37,719 nt of DNA from Candidatus Nitrosocosmicus sp. (GCA_030452275.1 JAKDMR010000001.1:1-37719), one strand, 5' to 3'; counted from the first letter of the stretch, positions 1-11,004 are shown. Notes: generated by a model not told the origin, from the sequence alone. Numbers and translations: made by a program.

Positions 1-131
1 TACATACGCTAGACAGAAATAAAGCTCTTTTGACTAATTACGCAAGAGATCTATTCATCTGTAAACTGATTGTGTTTGTTTAGATACGACGCCACAACAT
101 CTTTAGCTTACCATTTTGGATTACCTTCATT

Positions 132-1229
132 ATGAGGAATACTTTCCTCAGGTTACTTTCAGATGATGAAAGAAACATGTAAATGATATGATAGAAGATG
201 GAGCGGAGTCTAATTATCGTGCCAAGATAATCTTACTCAAGGATGAAGGATACTCGGTTCCTGAGATAAGAAGAGCTACCAACCATCACGACATTAACAA
301 CATAAGAAAGTGGATACATAGGTTCAACGAAAAAGGTATTGAGGGTATTGTATCCAGAAAACACATACACAATAAACCAATTAAAATAACGGTTGATGTT
401 GAGAAAAAGATTGTAGAGATAGCATCCAAGAATCCAAGAGACAGTTATGGACTGCCTTTCTCAACATGGTCTTTAAGGGCACTTGCAGGATACATATCCA
501 AGGAACTGAATCTTGTAGACTCGATAAGTCATACAGAGATTAGAAACATACTTCTCAAACACGGAATAAAGTATCATCGACAATCAAAGATTACTCTGGG
601 AAACAGCATTGACCCAGAATACGATTTAAAAAAAAGAGGATTGAAGAACTAAGATATGGCATAAATCTACCTACTGATTCCGTCCTGCTTTATGAGGATG
701 AGAAGGGTCCCATCGCAGCAAAAACATATGGTGGTACCTCGTGGTCAACCATTCGGTCTAAAGTTAGTAAGGCTCAGAAGACCAATGGAATTCTAAATGT
801 GTTTGGGGTTTGATTATACAAACAACAACCAGATGTTCACCCACAGCTACAAACGTAAGACAAGTAAGCAGTTTCTGGATTTCATAAAAAGAGTTGAACA
901 GAAATATGATTGCAATACTATAAAGCAGATATTTCTTGTTTTAGATAACGCATCGATACACAAATCAAAGATTGTGAAAGAAACTCTTGTCAGATATCAT
1001 CCAAGGATAGCCTTGGCATTTCTTCCAGCAAGATCTCCAGAGCTAAACCTGATAGAGGTAAGGTGGTTATGGATGCATCAACAGACAGGCTATAAACAAC
1101 TCTGTCTTTAAGGATGAACAGGATATCGGTAAAGCCGTATCTGACTGGACATGTGATTACAACAAAAAACATACAATCAAAACAAGCACAACTAGTTTAC
1201 AGGAAGGAAGCATCCATTTGTTTACATGA
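132..1229 (+). pseudogene. IS630 transposase pseudogene, frameshifted
   Basis: Five in-order frame segments: ATG132 MRNTFLRLLSDDER; 188-652 HTH; a -1 frame from ~634 (KRIEELRYG..LLYEDEKGP..NVFGV, stop 811-813); 797-~1080 (FLDFIK..LDNASIHKS..FLPARSPELNLIE); and ~1083-1229 (RQAINNSVFKDEQDIGKAVSDW..stop). Confidence 0.85.
625..636 (+). other. Likely programmed -1 frameshift (slippery) site of the IS630 transposase
   Basis: TTTAAAAAAAAG (A8 run) lies just before the orfA stop, and the -1 frame continues into the first catalytic Asp motif. This matches the split orfA/orfB arrangement known in IS630. Confidence 0.7.
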
Positions 1230-1676
1230 CTGTTAACAGAGCCTAATTTGCTAATCATTTGCTTATATAGCGGTATGAAAATTGAATAAAAATCACATTT
1301 GACCTGTCAATACTTATAAATTTACAATATTTGAGTTGACCGGTCTCATAATCCACAAAAGGGTATTATTGTGCTGGCGATTTTACTCGGCTAAATATTT
1401 TTTGCTTCTAGACGTAGAGTTAATACTTAGGATCATACATTTATTTTTTGAGTACTTATCCACAAGACTCATCAAAGATGGATTGGTAATGTTTATTGTT
1501 TTAATGAAGTAGAATTTCAGTCCTATGCTTGAACAAACGAGATAAGCATTTTTCAAGTATGGGATCTGTCTTTGGGATTTAAACTGCCACAGTTCATAAC
1601 CAAGTTGGTCCGTGTAGGTAATGGTTCTAAGATTGAATTCACTCTACCTCGAATGTGTGAAAATTGTCCCGTGTTT

Positions 1677-2915
1677 CTATTTATTTGATTTAGACCTTCT
1701 CTTGCGATGCATGAAATAAACGGCAACCATAATTGTCCCGAGGATGAATGAAATAATGGGTATCAGTAGGTAGGGGTCTTGACCACCATCATTGATATTA
1801 TTAGATTTAGAGATATCTAGTCCGGACTGATTTTGACTTGTTATATTATTAAGTTCCGTACCAATTATTTTGATTATTCTAGCATCTTTTCCAAATTCTA
1901 TTACCAATTTTCTACTATCGTTATCTAAACTATATTCCGCAGATGATATGTTGCTCCCTGCACTGGGAGATGATACAGTTGAATTATTTTTGTCAATTAT
2001 TTCCTGATATATTGCTGGTTGGTTATTTACTAGCACTGTAAAATTCTTGTCTCTTTTATCTATCCTCGAATCTATTATCTCCCGAGGCAGATCAATTGAT
2101 AGTTGGCCCTTTTCGGCATATGGTATAATATCAAGAATTAGGGTCTTGATTCCTGGACTCGCTTCTGTTTGGAGATCATTTAGGCTTCCGCCTTTTAGCT
2201 CGATGTTTGTGTAATCGATTTTATTATTAGCTGTTACAGGAATGATTTGTTGTAATATTTTGCCTAATCCGGACTGATTTTGACTTGTTATATTATTAAG
2301 TTCCGTACCAATTATTTTGATTATTCTAGCATCTTTTCCAAATTCTATTACCAATTTTCTACTATCGTTATCTAAACTATATTCCGCAGATGATATGTTG
2401 CTCCCTGCACTGGGAGATGATACAGTTGAATTATTTTTGTCAATTATTTCCTGATATATTGCTGGTTGGTTATTTACTAGCACTGTAAAATTCTTGTCTC
2501 TTTTATCTATCCTCGAATCTATTATCTCCCGAGGCAGATCAATTCCTACAATACCTGACATATTTTGACCTGGCGTTAATACAAGAATTATGCTTCTTTG
2601 ATCCTTATCATAAAGTATGTTATTAATTCTAACTCCAACGTCCGATATTAATATCGGATTCAAAGTATTACCTATTTTGACTTGATAATAGATATCGTCT
2701 TTGGAAGATGGGTAACCAGACTGGTTTCCATTCGTGAATGTGTTTCCAACGATATCCTCTTGAATTTTAGGAGCCCCTATAATAGTGGTATTTGCATTAT
2801 TCAAACTAGATAGTGCATCTTTAAATTCGATGTCGCTAGGACTTAATATTACTACAAACATTGTCATCGTGAGTAGGCATATTCCAATTAACACAGGACT
2901 TCCACACTTCCACAA
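1677..2915 (-). CDS. Secreted, C-terminally membrane-anchored surface protein with two copies of a thaumarchaeal domain like those of PEFG-CTERM proteins
   Basis: N-terminal hydrophobic signal. The IDLPREIIDS..FTVLVNN..YQE..RKLVIEF..IKIIGT domain occurs twice, with many N-x-S/T sequons. A C-terminal TM helix is followed by a basic tail (HRKRRSKSNK). No PEFG motif. Confidence 0.75.
   Translation of the reverse strand: MWKCGSPVLIGICLLTMTMFVVILSPSDIEFKDALSSLNNANTTIIGAPKIQEDIVGNTFTNGNQSGYPSSKDDIYYQVKIGNTLNPILISDVGVRINNILYDKDQRSIILVLTPGQNMSGIVGIDLPREIIDSRIDKRDKNFTVLVNNQPAIYQEIIDKNNSTVSSPSAGSNISSAEYSLDNDSRKLVIEFGKDARIIKIIGTELNNITSQNQSGLGKILQQIIPVTANNKIDYTNIELKGGSLNDLQTEASPGIKTLILDIIPYAEKGQLSIDLPREIIDSRIDKRDKNFTVLVNNQPAIYQEIIDKNNSTVSSPSAGSNISSAEYSLDNDSRKLVIEFGKDARIIKIIGTELNNITSQNQSGLDISKSNNINDGGQDPYLLIPIISFILGTIMVAVYFMHRKRRSKSNK
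1821..2544. repeat. Perfect 277-bp direct repeat (1821-2097 and 2268-2544), offset 447 bp = 149 codons
   Basis: Base-by-base reading shows identical copies from tccggactga to gcagatcaatt. Confidence 0.95.
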
Positions 2916-3149
2916 TAATTTAGTATAGGTTGGATCATATGATATAAGAATTCTGTGAGTAATTTGCTCTAACAGTCAAAGTGTATCCTTCAAAGTCGCT
3001 ACTATTGATAACAATGTGAACTAATGAGATGATTTTTCAAGTAGACTTATTGAAATTGTTATTTAATTAACAATATTGAAATTTCATTCCTTGTACCTAA
3101 ATACAATTGAATTTTGGGGTTATTTTACCGTCATTTGTGTATCCCGATG

Positions 3150-3166
3150 GAATATTATATATATTC
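3150..3166 (+). promoter_or_regulatory. Putative TATA-box promoter of the RNA polymerase operon
   Basis: TTATATAT at 3155-3162, upstream of rpoH. A GGAGG RBS lies at 3229-3233. Confidence 0.4.
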
Positions 3167-3242
3167 GATTACTGCTTTAATCGATACTTGACATTTATTT
3201 TGTTATTATGTGATTCAATAATTGCTATGGAGGATTTGTATA

Positions 3243-3494
3243 TTGTCAGCTGAGAAAAAAGAAATAAAAATAGTTGATCATATTTACCAACCAAAACATG
3301 AAATTCTAACAAAAGAGGAAGCTGAGCTAGTTTTTAAGAAATTCAATTCTAAACCTGGTCAGTTTCCATATATGATGTCTTCTGACAAAGGCATTCAAGG
3401 GCTAGAAGCTCAACCTGGAGATGTTATTAAGATAACCCGAAAGAGTTCTACTGCAGGTGAAAGTGTATATTACCGATATGTAGTAGAAGGTTGA
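3243..3494 (+). CDS. rpoH: DNA-directed RNA polymerase subunit H (Rpo5)
   Basis: DHIYQPKHEIL..PGDVIKITRKSSTAG..YYRYVV. Start placed at TTG 3243 after the GGAGG RBS (the ORF track opens at 3222). Confidence 0.97.
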   Translation: MSAEKKEIKIVDHIYQPKHEILTKEEAELVFKKFNSKPGQFPYMMSSDKGIQGLEAQPGDVIKITRKSSTAGESVYYRYVVEG

Positions 3495-3502
3495 TCTAGG
3501 GG

Positions 3503-6500
3503 ATGACAGTCAGTATCAGTAATAATTATATAGATATGTGGCCTATAATCAACGATATTTTGCGACGAGAGGGAGTAGCAAGACAACACCTTAATTCTTA
3601 TAATGAATTCATTGAACGGGGACTTCAAAGCATAATTGACGAGGTCAATGAAATAGAAATTGAAACGGCCGAATATCCATATAAAATTAAATTGGGAAAA
3701 ATAAAAATGCAGCAGCCTAGGATCATGGAATTAGATGGTTCAATTACTCATGTGGCACCCGTCGAAGCTCGACTCCGCAATTTGACCTATGCTTCTCCTA
3801 TTATGTTAGAATGTAGCATAGTTGAGGAAGGTAAAACTTTGGAATCTAGATTTATACATATTGGTGATATGCCCGTAATGGTAAAGTCAAACGCTTGTAT
3901 GCTTCATAATTATTCTGAATCAAAATTAGTAGATGTGGGAGAAGACCCAAAGGATCCTGGTGGATATTTCATTATAAACGGTTCAGAAAGGGTAATAGTT
4001 GGATTGGAGGATCTTTCTTATAATAAGATCATCGTTGATATCGAAGAAACGTCCGGTACCATGTTATACAAGGCAAAAGTATATTCTTCAATTGTTGGAT
4101 ATCGTGCAAAATTAGAGTTGATTATGAGGCCTGATGGTTCCATTGTTTCAAAGATTCCTGGTTCTCCAGTTGATATCCCACTTATCATATTAGTAAGAGC
4201 ATTAGGCTTGGAGTCTGATAAAGATATTGCCAATGCCGTGTCTTTGAATGATACTATCCAGGACGAACTGGAACCTTCATTTGAAAAATCTGGCGAAGTA
4301 GCTACTAGTAGAGACGCCATAATCTACATAAGCAAAAGAATTGCGCCAGGCATGCTAGAAGAGTTTCAAATAAAACGAGCGGAAACATTATTGGATTGGG
4401 GGCTATTGCCACATCTTGGTAAGAATCCTGATAACCGATACGAAAAGGCGTTATTCTTAGGGGAATCCGCTTGCAAGTTAGTCGAATTAAATCTTAATTG
4501 GATTGAACCAGATGATAAGGATCATTATGGGAATAAAGTCATAAAATTTGCAGGTCAGATGTTGGCAGATTTATTTAGAACCGCATTTAGGAACCTCATT
4601 AGAGATATGAAGTATCAATTAGAAAGATCTGGTCAGAAGCGAGGAATCAATGCAGTTGCAGCCGCTGTTAGACCTGGAATTATTTCTGACAAGTTAAATA
4701 ATGCTATAGCTACCGGAAATTGGGGTAGGGGTAGGGTTGGTGTTACCCAACTCCTAGATAGAACAAATTACATGTCTACGGTTAGCCACTTAAGAAGAAT
4801 CCAGTCTCCACTAAGTCGAAGTCAGCCCAATTTTGAAGCTAGGGATTTGCATGCAACCCATTTTGGTCGTATTTGTCCATCCGAAACCCCAGAAGGTTCT
4901 AATTGTGGATTAGTTAAAAACTTGGCACTATCTGCGGTAATATCAGTCAGCGTTTTATCTTCAGATGTAATTGAAAAGTTATACGAATTGGGTGTTCAAA
5001 ATGTAAATGATACGAATGATGATTTGAAACAAAAAGGTGCTAGGATATTTGTCGATGGCCGATTAATTGGATACATAGAAGATGGTCGTAATTTATCAAA
5101 TAGATTGCGTACCATGAGGCGATCTGGCAGGATGCATCCTCACATGGGTATCTATTTTTATTCCTCATTAAATGACAATGCAACAAAAAGGTTGTATATC
5201 AGTTGTAATTCAGGTAGAGTTTTGCGACCCCTAGCAATTGTAAAAGACGGAAATTTACTATTGACAAAGGAAGTGATCGAAAAGATTTCAAAGAAATTCT
5301 TGTCATGGACTGATCTCTTATACATGGGAATTATAGAATTGGTAGATGCAAATGAGGAGGAAAATTGTTATATTGCAAGTGAATTGAGGAACATAACAAA
5401 CGATCATACTCATGTTGAGATCTTCTTATCTTCGATATTGGGTGTGGGTGCCTCTATTATTCCGTACCCTGAACATAATCAATCCCCCCGGAATACGTAC
5501 GAGAGTGCAATGGCAAAACAAAGTTTGGGCTTCTCTACTCCGCTTATGAATGCAAGTACATACGTGAGACAACATTTTATGTTATATCCGCAGATGCCGG
5601 TTGTAAGCACTAAAGCAATCAATTTATTGGGATTGGATGAACGACCAACTGGTCAAAATTGCGTAGTAGCGGTTTTGCCATTTGAAGGATATAATATTGA
5701 AGATGCTGTCGTATTTAGTAAATCATCTGTAGATAGAGGGTTAGCACGTACATTCTTCTACCGAGTTTATGAGGCTGAAGCTAAACAGTATCCTGGTGGA
5801 ATGAAGGATACTTTTGAAATCCCGTCTTCTGAAGCCAATATTCGTGGTTATCGTGGAGAAAAATCTTATCGTTTGTTGGAGCAAGATGGTGCGATAATGC
5901 ATGAATCAGTTGTTAATGGGGGTGATATCTTGATTGGCCGAACCTCTCCTCCCAGATTCATGGAGGAATACAAAGAGTTTGAAGTTAAAGGCCCATATCG
6001 ACGTGATACATCAATCGGTGTTAGGCCGTCCGAGAACGGGGTGGTCGATACTGTTATTATGACGCAGTCAGTAGAAGGCGGTAAAATGTACAAGATCCGA
6101 GTCAGAGATATGCGAATTCCTGAAATAGGTGATAAATTTGCTTCCCGTCATGGTCAAAAGGGAGTTGTTGGCATGCTTGTAAACCAAGAGGACTTGCCTT
6201 ATACAGAAGATGGCGTAGTCCCCGATGTAATGATTAACCCTCACGCATTCCCTTCCAGGATGACTGTTGGGATGTTCATGGAATCACTGGGTGGTAAAGC
6301 AGCCTCTTTGAGAGGCAAAATTGTTGATGGCTCTGCATTTTTGGGGGAAAAATTGAATGATATTAAGGATATCATGGAGTCATATGGATTCAAGCATAGT
6401 GGAAAAGAGGCAATGTATGATGGGAGGACCGGGAAGAGATTCCCTGTTGACGTATATGTTGGCGTAGTCTATTATCAAAAACTACATCATATGGTAGCCG

Positions 6501-6865
6501 ATAAGATCCATAGTAGGGCGAGAGGCCAAGTTCAAATGCTAACAAAGCAGCCTACTGAAGGTAGAGCTCGTGGAGGTGGGTTAAGGTTTGGAGAAATGGA
6601 AAGAGATTGTCTAATTGCTTATGGTGCGTCAATGATGCTAAAGGACAGACTTTTAGAAGAATCTGATAAAGCAGAGATAAACGTATGTGAGAGATGTGGT
6701 TTATTATCATATTTTGATACGAAACAGAGAAAATATGTATGTAGGGTCTGCGGTGACAAGGCAAAAATTTCCAGTGTTATAATTGCATATGCCTTCAAAT
6801 TGTTATTGCAAGAAATGATGAGTTTAAATGTCGCTCCACGCTTATTGGTAAAGGAGAAGGTTTAA
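3503..6865 (+). CDS. rpoB: DNA-directed RNA polymerase subunit B (Rpo2, unsplit)
   Basis: GGYFIINGSERV, CPSETPEG, GDKFASRHGQKG, GGLRFGEMERD, C-terminal Zn ribbon. Confidence 0.99.
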   Translation: MTVSISNNYIDMWPIINDILRREGVARQHLNSYNEFIERGLQSIIDEVNEIEIETAEYPYKIKLGKIKMQQPRIMELDGSITHVAPVEARLRNLTYASPIMLECSIVEEGKTLESRFIHIGDMPVMVKSNACMLHNYSESKLVDVGEDPKDPGGYFIINGSERVIVGLEDLSYNKIIVDIEETSGTMLYKAKVYSSIVGYRAKLELIMRPDGSIVSKIPGSPVDIPLIILVRALGLESDKDIANAVSLNDTIQDELEPSFEKSGEVATSRDAIIYISKRIAPGMLEEFQIKRAETLLDWGLLPHLGKNPDNRYEKALFLGESACKLVELNLNWIEPDDKDHYGNKVIKFAGQMLADLFRTAFRNLIRDMKYQLERSGQKRGINAVAAAVRPGIISDKLNNAIATGNWGRGRVGVTQLLDRTNYMSTVSHLRRIQSPLSRSQPNFEARDLHATHFGRICPSETPEGSNCGLVKNLALSAVISVSVLSSDVIEKLYELGVQNVNDTNDDLKQKGARIFVDGRLIGYIEDGRNLSNRLRTMRRSGRMHPHMGIYFYSSLNDNATKRLYISCNSGRVLRPLAIVKDGNLLLTKEVIEKISKKFLSWTDLLYMGIIELVDANEEENCYIASELRNITNDHTHVEIFLSSILGVGASIIPYPEHNQSPRNTYESAMAKQSLGFSTPLMNASTYVRQHFMLYPQMPVVSTKAINLLGLDERPTGQNCVVAVLPFEGYNIEDAVVFSKSSVDRGLARTFFYRVYEAEAKQYPGGMKDTFEIPSSEANIRGYRGEKSYRLLEQDGAIMHESVVNGGDILIGRTSPPRFMEEYKEFEVKGPYRRDTSIGVRPSENGVVDTVIMTQSVEGGKMYKIRVRDMRIPEIGDKFASRHGQKGVVGMLVNQEDLPYTEDGVVPDVMINPHAFPSRMTVGMFMESLGGKAASLRGKIVDGSAFLGEKLNDIKDIMESYGFKHSGKEAMYDGRTGKRFPVDVYVGVVYYQKLHHMVADKIHSRARGQVQMLTKQPTEGRARGGGLRFGEMERDCLIAYGASMMLKDRLLEESDKAEINVCERCGLLSYFDTKQRKYVCRVCGDKAKISSVIIAYAFKLLLQEMMSLNVAPRLLVKEKV

Positions 6866-6898
6866 TCTTTTTGTTTTTATATAATGGAGGTTTTTTAA

Positions 6899-9800
6899 AT
6901 GAATGATGAATCTGTCAAGATATTAGATGGTATTAGATTTAGCATTTGGTCGCCTGTAGAGGTAAGAAAGTTTAGTGTTACTGAGGTAACAGCACCAGAA
7001 ACATACGACGAAGATGGAATGCCTGTTCAAGGAGGGCTAATGGACAATAGACTGGGAACGCTGGAGCCCGGACAAAAATGTGCAACTTGTGGAAATACAT
7101 CAGCCAGATGTCCTGGGCATTTTGGTCATATAGAACTTGCCGAACCCGTTCTACACATCGCATTTATCGATGACATTCATAAATTGCTTTTGATTACATG
7201 CAGATCGTGTAATCGTATTAAACTTAGTAACGAGGATTTAGAAAAATACAAAAATTTACGCGACAGCAAGGCAGCATACGCCGTAATTACTCTTGAAAAC
7301 GTTAAAGACGAGATTATTGAGAAAGCAAAGAAAGTCAAGGTTTGTCCACATTGCCAGAAAGAACAATATGATCTCATTTTTACAAAACCTACAATTTTTG
7401 TTGAAAAAACTGATGTAGGAGAAAATAGGCTATTACCAATTACTATTAGGGAGAGGCTACTAAATGTTTCAAATGACGACCTGATATTGTTAGGTTATGA
7501 CCCAAAGACTGCTCGACCAGAATGGTTCATTCTTCAAGTCTTGCCTGTTCCTCCAGTTACAGTGAGACCATCAATTATTTTAGAAACAGGTATTCGATCA
7601 GAGGATGACTTGACTCATAAGCTAGTAGATATTATCCGAGTAAATCAGAGACTCAAAGAGAGCAAAGAAGCTGGAACACCACCTTTGATTGTTCAGGATT
7701 TGGTAGATTTATTACAGTACCATGTTACTACTTACTTTGACAATGAAGTGTCGGGCATTCCTCAGGCCCATCACAGGTCTGGAAGGCCATTAAAGACCAT
7801 AACCCAGAGGCTAAAGGGTAAAGAGGGCCGATTTAGAGGATCACTATCGGGTAAGCGAGTAGATTTTTCAAGCAGAACCGTAATTTCCCCTGATCCAAAC
7901 CTTACCATATCTGACGTGGGTGTACCAAGCGATGTCGCAAAAAAGCTTACAATTCCAGAAACTGTTTCGTCCTGGAATATTGATAAACTGAAAAATCTAG
8001 TTCTAAATGGGCCTAACAATTATCCTGGAGCTAATTACATTATACGGCCGGACGGTGTAAAAATAAGACTGGACTATGTCACGGATCGAGCCGCTATTGC
8101 TGATTCAATAATGAATGGCTATACTGTGGAGCGACATCTGATGGATGGGGATGTTGTCATATTTAATCGACAGCCATCATTGCATAGGATGTCTATTATG
8201 GCTCACAATGTAAGAGTACTTCCATATCGTACTTTTCGACTCCATCCCGCTGTATGTCCACCATACAACGCAGACTTTGATGGCGATGAGATGAATTTAC
8301 ATGTACCACAAAGCCAGGAGGCAAGGGCAGAAGCGGCCTTGTTAATGCGGGTTCAAGATCAGCTCATATCGCCAAGGTATGGAGGGCCCATTATTGGTGG
8401 CATACGTGATTTCATAACTGGAGCCTTCTTATTAACAAAAGATGAAACCATACTAACTGCTGATGAAATCGCTAATTTTGCATATTTGGGTGGGTACAGC
8501 GGACCTTTACCTAAACCTCATCTAGAGAAGGATGGAAAAGCATTTTTTACAGGCAAACAATTATTTTCACTTTTCTTACCAAAAGATTTCAACTTTGTAA
8601 TTACTTCAAAGTGGAATAAAGCCTCAAAGTTGCAAGGTAAGGATGTCGTAATTAAAAACGGACAGTTGATGTCAGGTGTAATCGATAAAGCTTCAATAGG
8701 TGCAGAAGAACCTGATAGTGTACTTCACAGAATTGCAAAGGACTACGGTAACGACGAAGCAAAAAAATTTCTTGATGCTATACTTATTATGCTAAAGACT
8801 TACATTACTCACAAAGGGTTTAGCTATGGGTATTCTGATTTATGGTTAAGTGACGAAACTCGCAAAGAAATTCAAGATGTAATTCAAAAAACTTATAATA
8901 AAATTGATGAATTGATAAAACAATATCATGACGGCACTTTACCTTTAACCAGAGGTTTATCTCCAGAGGAAGCCTTAGAGCTGTATGTTGTTAATGAACT
9001 CTCAAGAGCAAGAGACAGAGCTGGAAAAATTGCCGACCGATCGTTTCCTGATGACAACTCTGGCGTAATCATGGCCTCAACCGGTGCAAGAGGTTCCACA
9101 TTGAATATTGGTCAGATGACTGCAGCATTGGGTCAACAATCGATCCGTGGAAAAAGGATTATCAAGGGATACAGGAACAGGGCGTTACCACATTTTAGGC
9201 CTGGTGATCAAAACCCTGATTCAAAGGGCTTTGTTAAATCAAATTATCGCGACGGACTTAATCCTATCGAATTTTTCTTTCACGCCATGGGAGGTAGAGA
9301 GGGTCTAGTTGATACTGCAGTGCGTACTCAACAATCTGGATATATGCAACGCAGACTCATAAATGCGTTAGAACATCTAAAAATTGAATATGATTTGACT
9401 GTTCGTGATCCACATGGAAATATTATTCAATATATTTACGGTGATGATGGTATTGATCCAGCCAAAAGTGATCATGGTGATGCTGTAAATATCACTAGGT
9501 TGGTAGAAAGTGAATCCGTTGTTGATGAAGGAGTCAAAACTAGTGAATCCGAAATGAAGGATTTGTTGATGAAATTCAAGGAGAAGATGAATCTTAAGTT
9601 AACTCAGGAAATTGAAGCGGCATTATTATCCTTTCCACTCAGCAAGGCTGGGATTAAGAAAGTAGTGCATAAAATAATGGATTTGTTCGAAAAAGCCATG
9701 ATAGAACCAGGAGAAGCAGCGGGAGTTGTTACGGCTCAGTCTATCGGGGAACCAGGTACCCAGATGACCTTGAGAACTTTTCATTTCGCTGGAGTAAAAG

Positions 9801-10693
9801 AAAGAAATGTAACTTTGGGTCTGCCAAGACTTATTGAGCTGGTGGATGCAAGAAAGAAACCGGTTACCCCTACGATGGACATCTATCTTGATGATGAACA
9901 CAAATTATCCAGAGAGAAGGCCTTAGAAGTTGCAAAGAGGATTATTTTTACACGGATATCCGATCTAGTAAACAAAGTGGATACCGATTACAGCGGGAAT
10001 TTGTCATTTTTCTTCTCTGAAAAGAAGATAGCCGACAGAGGAACATCTATACAGGAAATCCATGAAGTTTTGAAAAGTTCTAAGAAAAGATACGAAGTTA
10101 CCATAAACGAAGATAGTCTTGTTATAAAAGTTTCCCTATCTCAAGAACCAGATGCTCAAACCTTACTAACACTACGAAATAAATTATTGAACGCGCGCGT
10201 TAAGGGTGTCCCAGATATCGAAAGGGTAACAATTGTAAAACAAAATGATGAATGGGTGATTCAGACAGCTGGTTCAAATTTGGCAAAAGTGGTCCTAGTA
10301 GAAGGAATAGACGTATCTAGAATCACTACAAACAATGTATTCGAAATATGGCAAACTCTTGGAATTGAAGCTGCAAGAACCGCACTAGTCAAAGAAGTAA
10401 CTAATACTTTGGAAGAGCAGGGTTTGGAAGTCGATATCCGACACATTATGTTAGTGGCAGATTTGATGACATCAAAGGGCTATTTACAACAAATCGGCCG
10501 TCACGGTATAGCAGGGACAAAGACTTCAGTATTGGCAAGGGCAGCTTTTGAAATTACCGTCCCAACGATTGCCAGGGCTGCACTTGAGGGTCAAGTTGAA
10601 CCATTAAAAGGAGTTACTGAAAATGTAATAGTCGGGGCGACTGTACCAGTTGGTACTGGAATGATTGATCTATATATGAGTGTCAAGGAATAG
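6899..10693 (+). CDS. rpoA: DNA-directed RNA polymerase subunit A (Rpo1, A' and A'' fused)
   Basis: CPGHFGHIELA, catalytic YNADFDGDEMN, then the A'' motifs AQSIGEPGTQMTLRTFH and ARAAFE in the same ORF. Confidence 0.99.
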   Translation: MNDESVKILDGIRFSIWSPVEVRKFSVTEVTAPETYDEDGMPVQGGLMDNRLGTLEPGQKCATCGNTSARCPGHFGHIELAEPVLHIAFIDDIHKLLLITCRSCNRIKLSNEDLEKYKNLRDSKAAYAVITLENVKDEIIEKAKKVKVCPHCQKEQYDLIFTKPTIFVEKTDVGENRLLPITIRERLLNVSNDDLILLGYDPKTARPEWFILQVLPVPPVTVRPSIILETGIRSEDDLTHKLVDIIRVNQRLKESKEAGTPPLIVQDLVDLLQYHVTTYFDNEVSGIPQAHHRSGRPLKTITQRLKGKEGRFRGSLSGKRVDFSSRTVISPDPNLTISDVGVPSDVAKKLTIPETVSSWNIDKLKNLVLNGPNNYPGANYIIRPDGVKIRLDYVTDRAAIADSIMNGYTVERHLMDGDVVIFNRQPSLHRMSIMAHNVRVLPYRTFRLHPAVCPPYNADFDGDEMNLHVPQSQEARAEAALLMRVQDQLISPRYGGPIIGGIRDFITGAFLLTKDETILTADEIANFAYLGGYSGPLPKPHLEKDGKAFFTGKQLFSLFLPKDFNFVITSKWNKASKLQGKDVVIKNGQLMSGVIDKASIGAEEPDSVLHRIAKDYGNDEAKKFLDAILIMLKTYITHKGFSYGYSDLWLSDETRKEIQDVIQKTYNKIDELIKQYHDGTLPLTRGLSPEEALELYVVNELSRARDRAGKIADRSFPDDNSGVIMASTGARGSTLNIGQMTAALGQQSIRGKRIIKGYRNRALPHFRPGDQNPDSKGFVKSNYRDGLNPIEFFFHAMGGREGLVDTAVRTQQSGYMQRRLINALEHLKIEYDLTVRDPHGNIIQYIYGDDGIDPAKSDHGDAVNITRLVESESVVDEGVKTSESEMKDLLMKFKEKMNLKLTQEIEAALLSFPLSKAGIKKVVHKIMDLFEKAMIEPGEAAGVVTAQSIGEPGTQMTLRTFHFAGVKERNVTLGLPRLIELVDARKKPVTPTMDIYLDDEHKLSREKALEVAKRIIFTRISDLVNKVDTDYSGNLSFFFSEKKIADRGTSIQEIHEVLKSSKKRYEVTINEDSLVIKVSLSQEPDAQTLLTLRNKLLNARVKGVPDIERVTIVKQNDEWVIQTAGSNLAKVVLVEGIDVSRITTNNVFEIWQTLGIEAARTALVKEVTNTLEEQGLEVDIRHIMLVADLMTSKGYLQQIGRHGIAGTKTSVLARAAFEITVPTIARAALEGQVEPLKGVTENVIVGATVPVGTGMIDLYMSVKE

Positions 10694-10701
10694 AGAATTA
10701 T

Positions 10702-11004
10702 ATGAATGAAAAGAAATTGGCAAAAATCCTAAAGGAGGGTGTAAAAAATAACAAGATAAAGACCGGGTATAAAGAAGTATTGCAGTATATCAAAGGGACA
10801 AAGTTAGTTATACTTTCAAAGACTTTGACCCCTGAAAAAGAAGAAAAAATAAAGAAGTCCGCCGAAGAAAGTGCGATTTCTGTAATCTCTTACCCCGGAA
10901 ATTCTGTACTCCTCGGAAGGCTTTGCAGCTTATCGTATGGGACCAGTGTGGTTTCATTAAAAAACGTCTCGGATGAAGAAGTAAAAGAGTTAATTAGTAG
11001 CTAA
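10702..11004 (+). CDS. rpl30e: 50S ribosomal protein L30e (eL30)
   Basis: L7Ae/L30e-like motifs (KTGYKEV; YPGNSVLLGRLC) and the conserved position between rpoA and nusA. Confidence 0.9.
   Translation: MNEKKLAKILKEGVKNNKIKTGYKEVLQYIKGTKLVILSKTLTPEKEEKIKKSAEESAISVISYPGNSVLLGRLCSLSYGTSVVSLKNVSDEEVKELISS

Larger units (their letters stand above)
20..1245 (+). mobile_element. Degenerate IS630-family insertion sequence (ends approximate)
   Basis: HTH ORF followed by DDE fragments (YEDEKG, LDNASIH, PELNLIE). Imperfect inverted repeats at 22-34 (aagctcttttgac) and 1232-1244 (gttaacagagcct) match 10/13, and the ~1.2 kb size is typical of IS630. Confidence 0.8.

Noticed and set aside
1456-1464. Perfect bacterial DnaA box TTATCCACA
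   Set aside because: Single copy in an archaeal genome with no origin context; expected by chance.
1246-1676. Stop-free minus-strand stretch between the IS and the surface-protein gene
   Set aside because: No convincing start codon or recognisable motif.
3503-10693. Unsplit rpoB and fused rpoA'/A''
   Set aside because: Established trait of Thaumarchaeota; useful for taxonomy, not novel.
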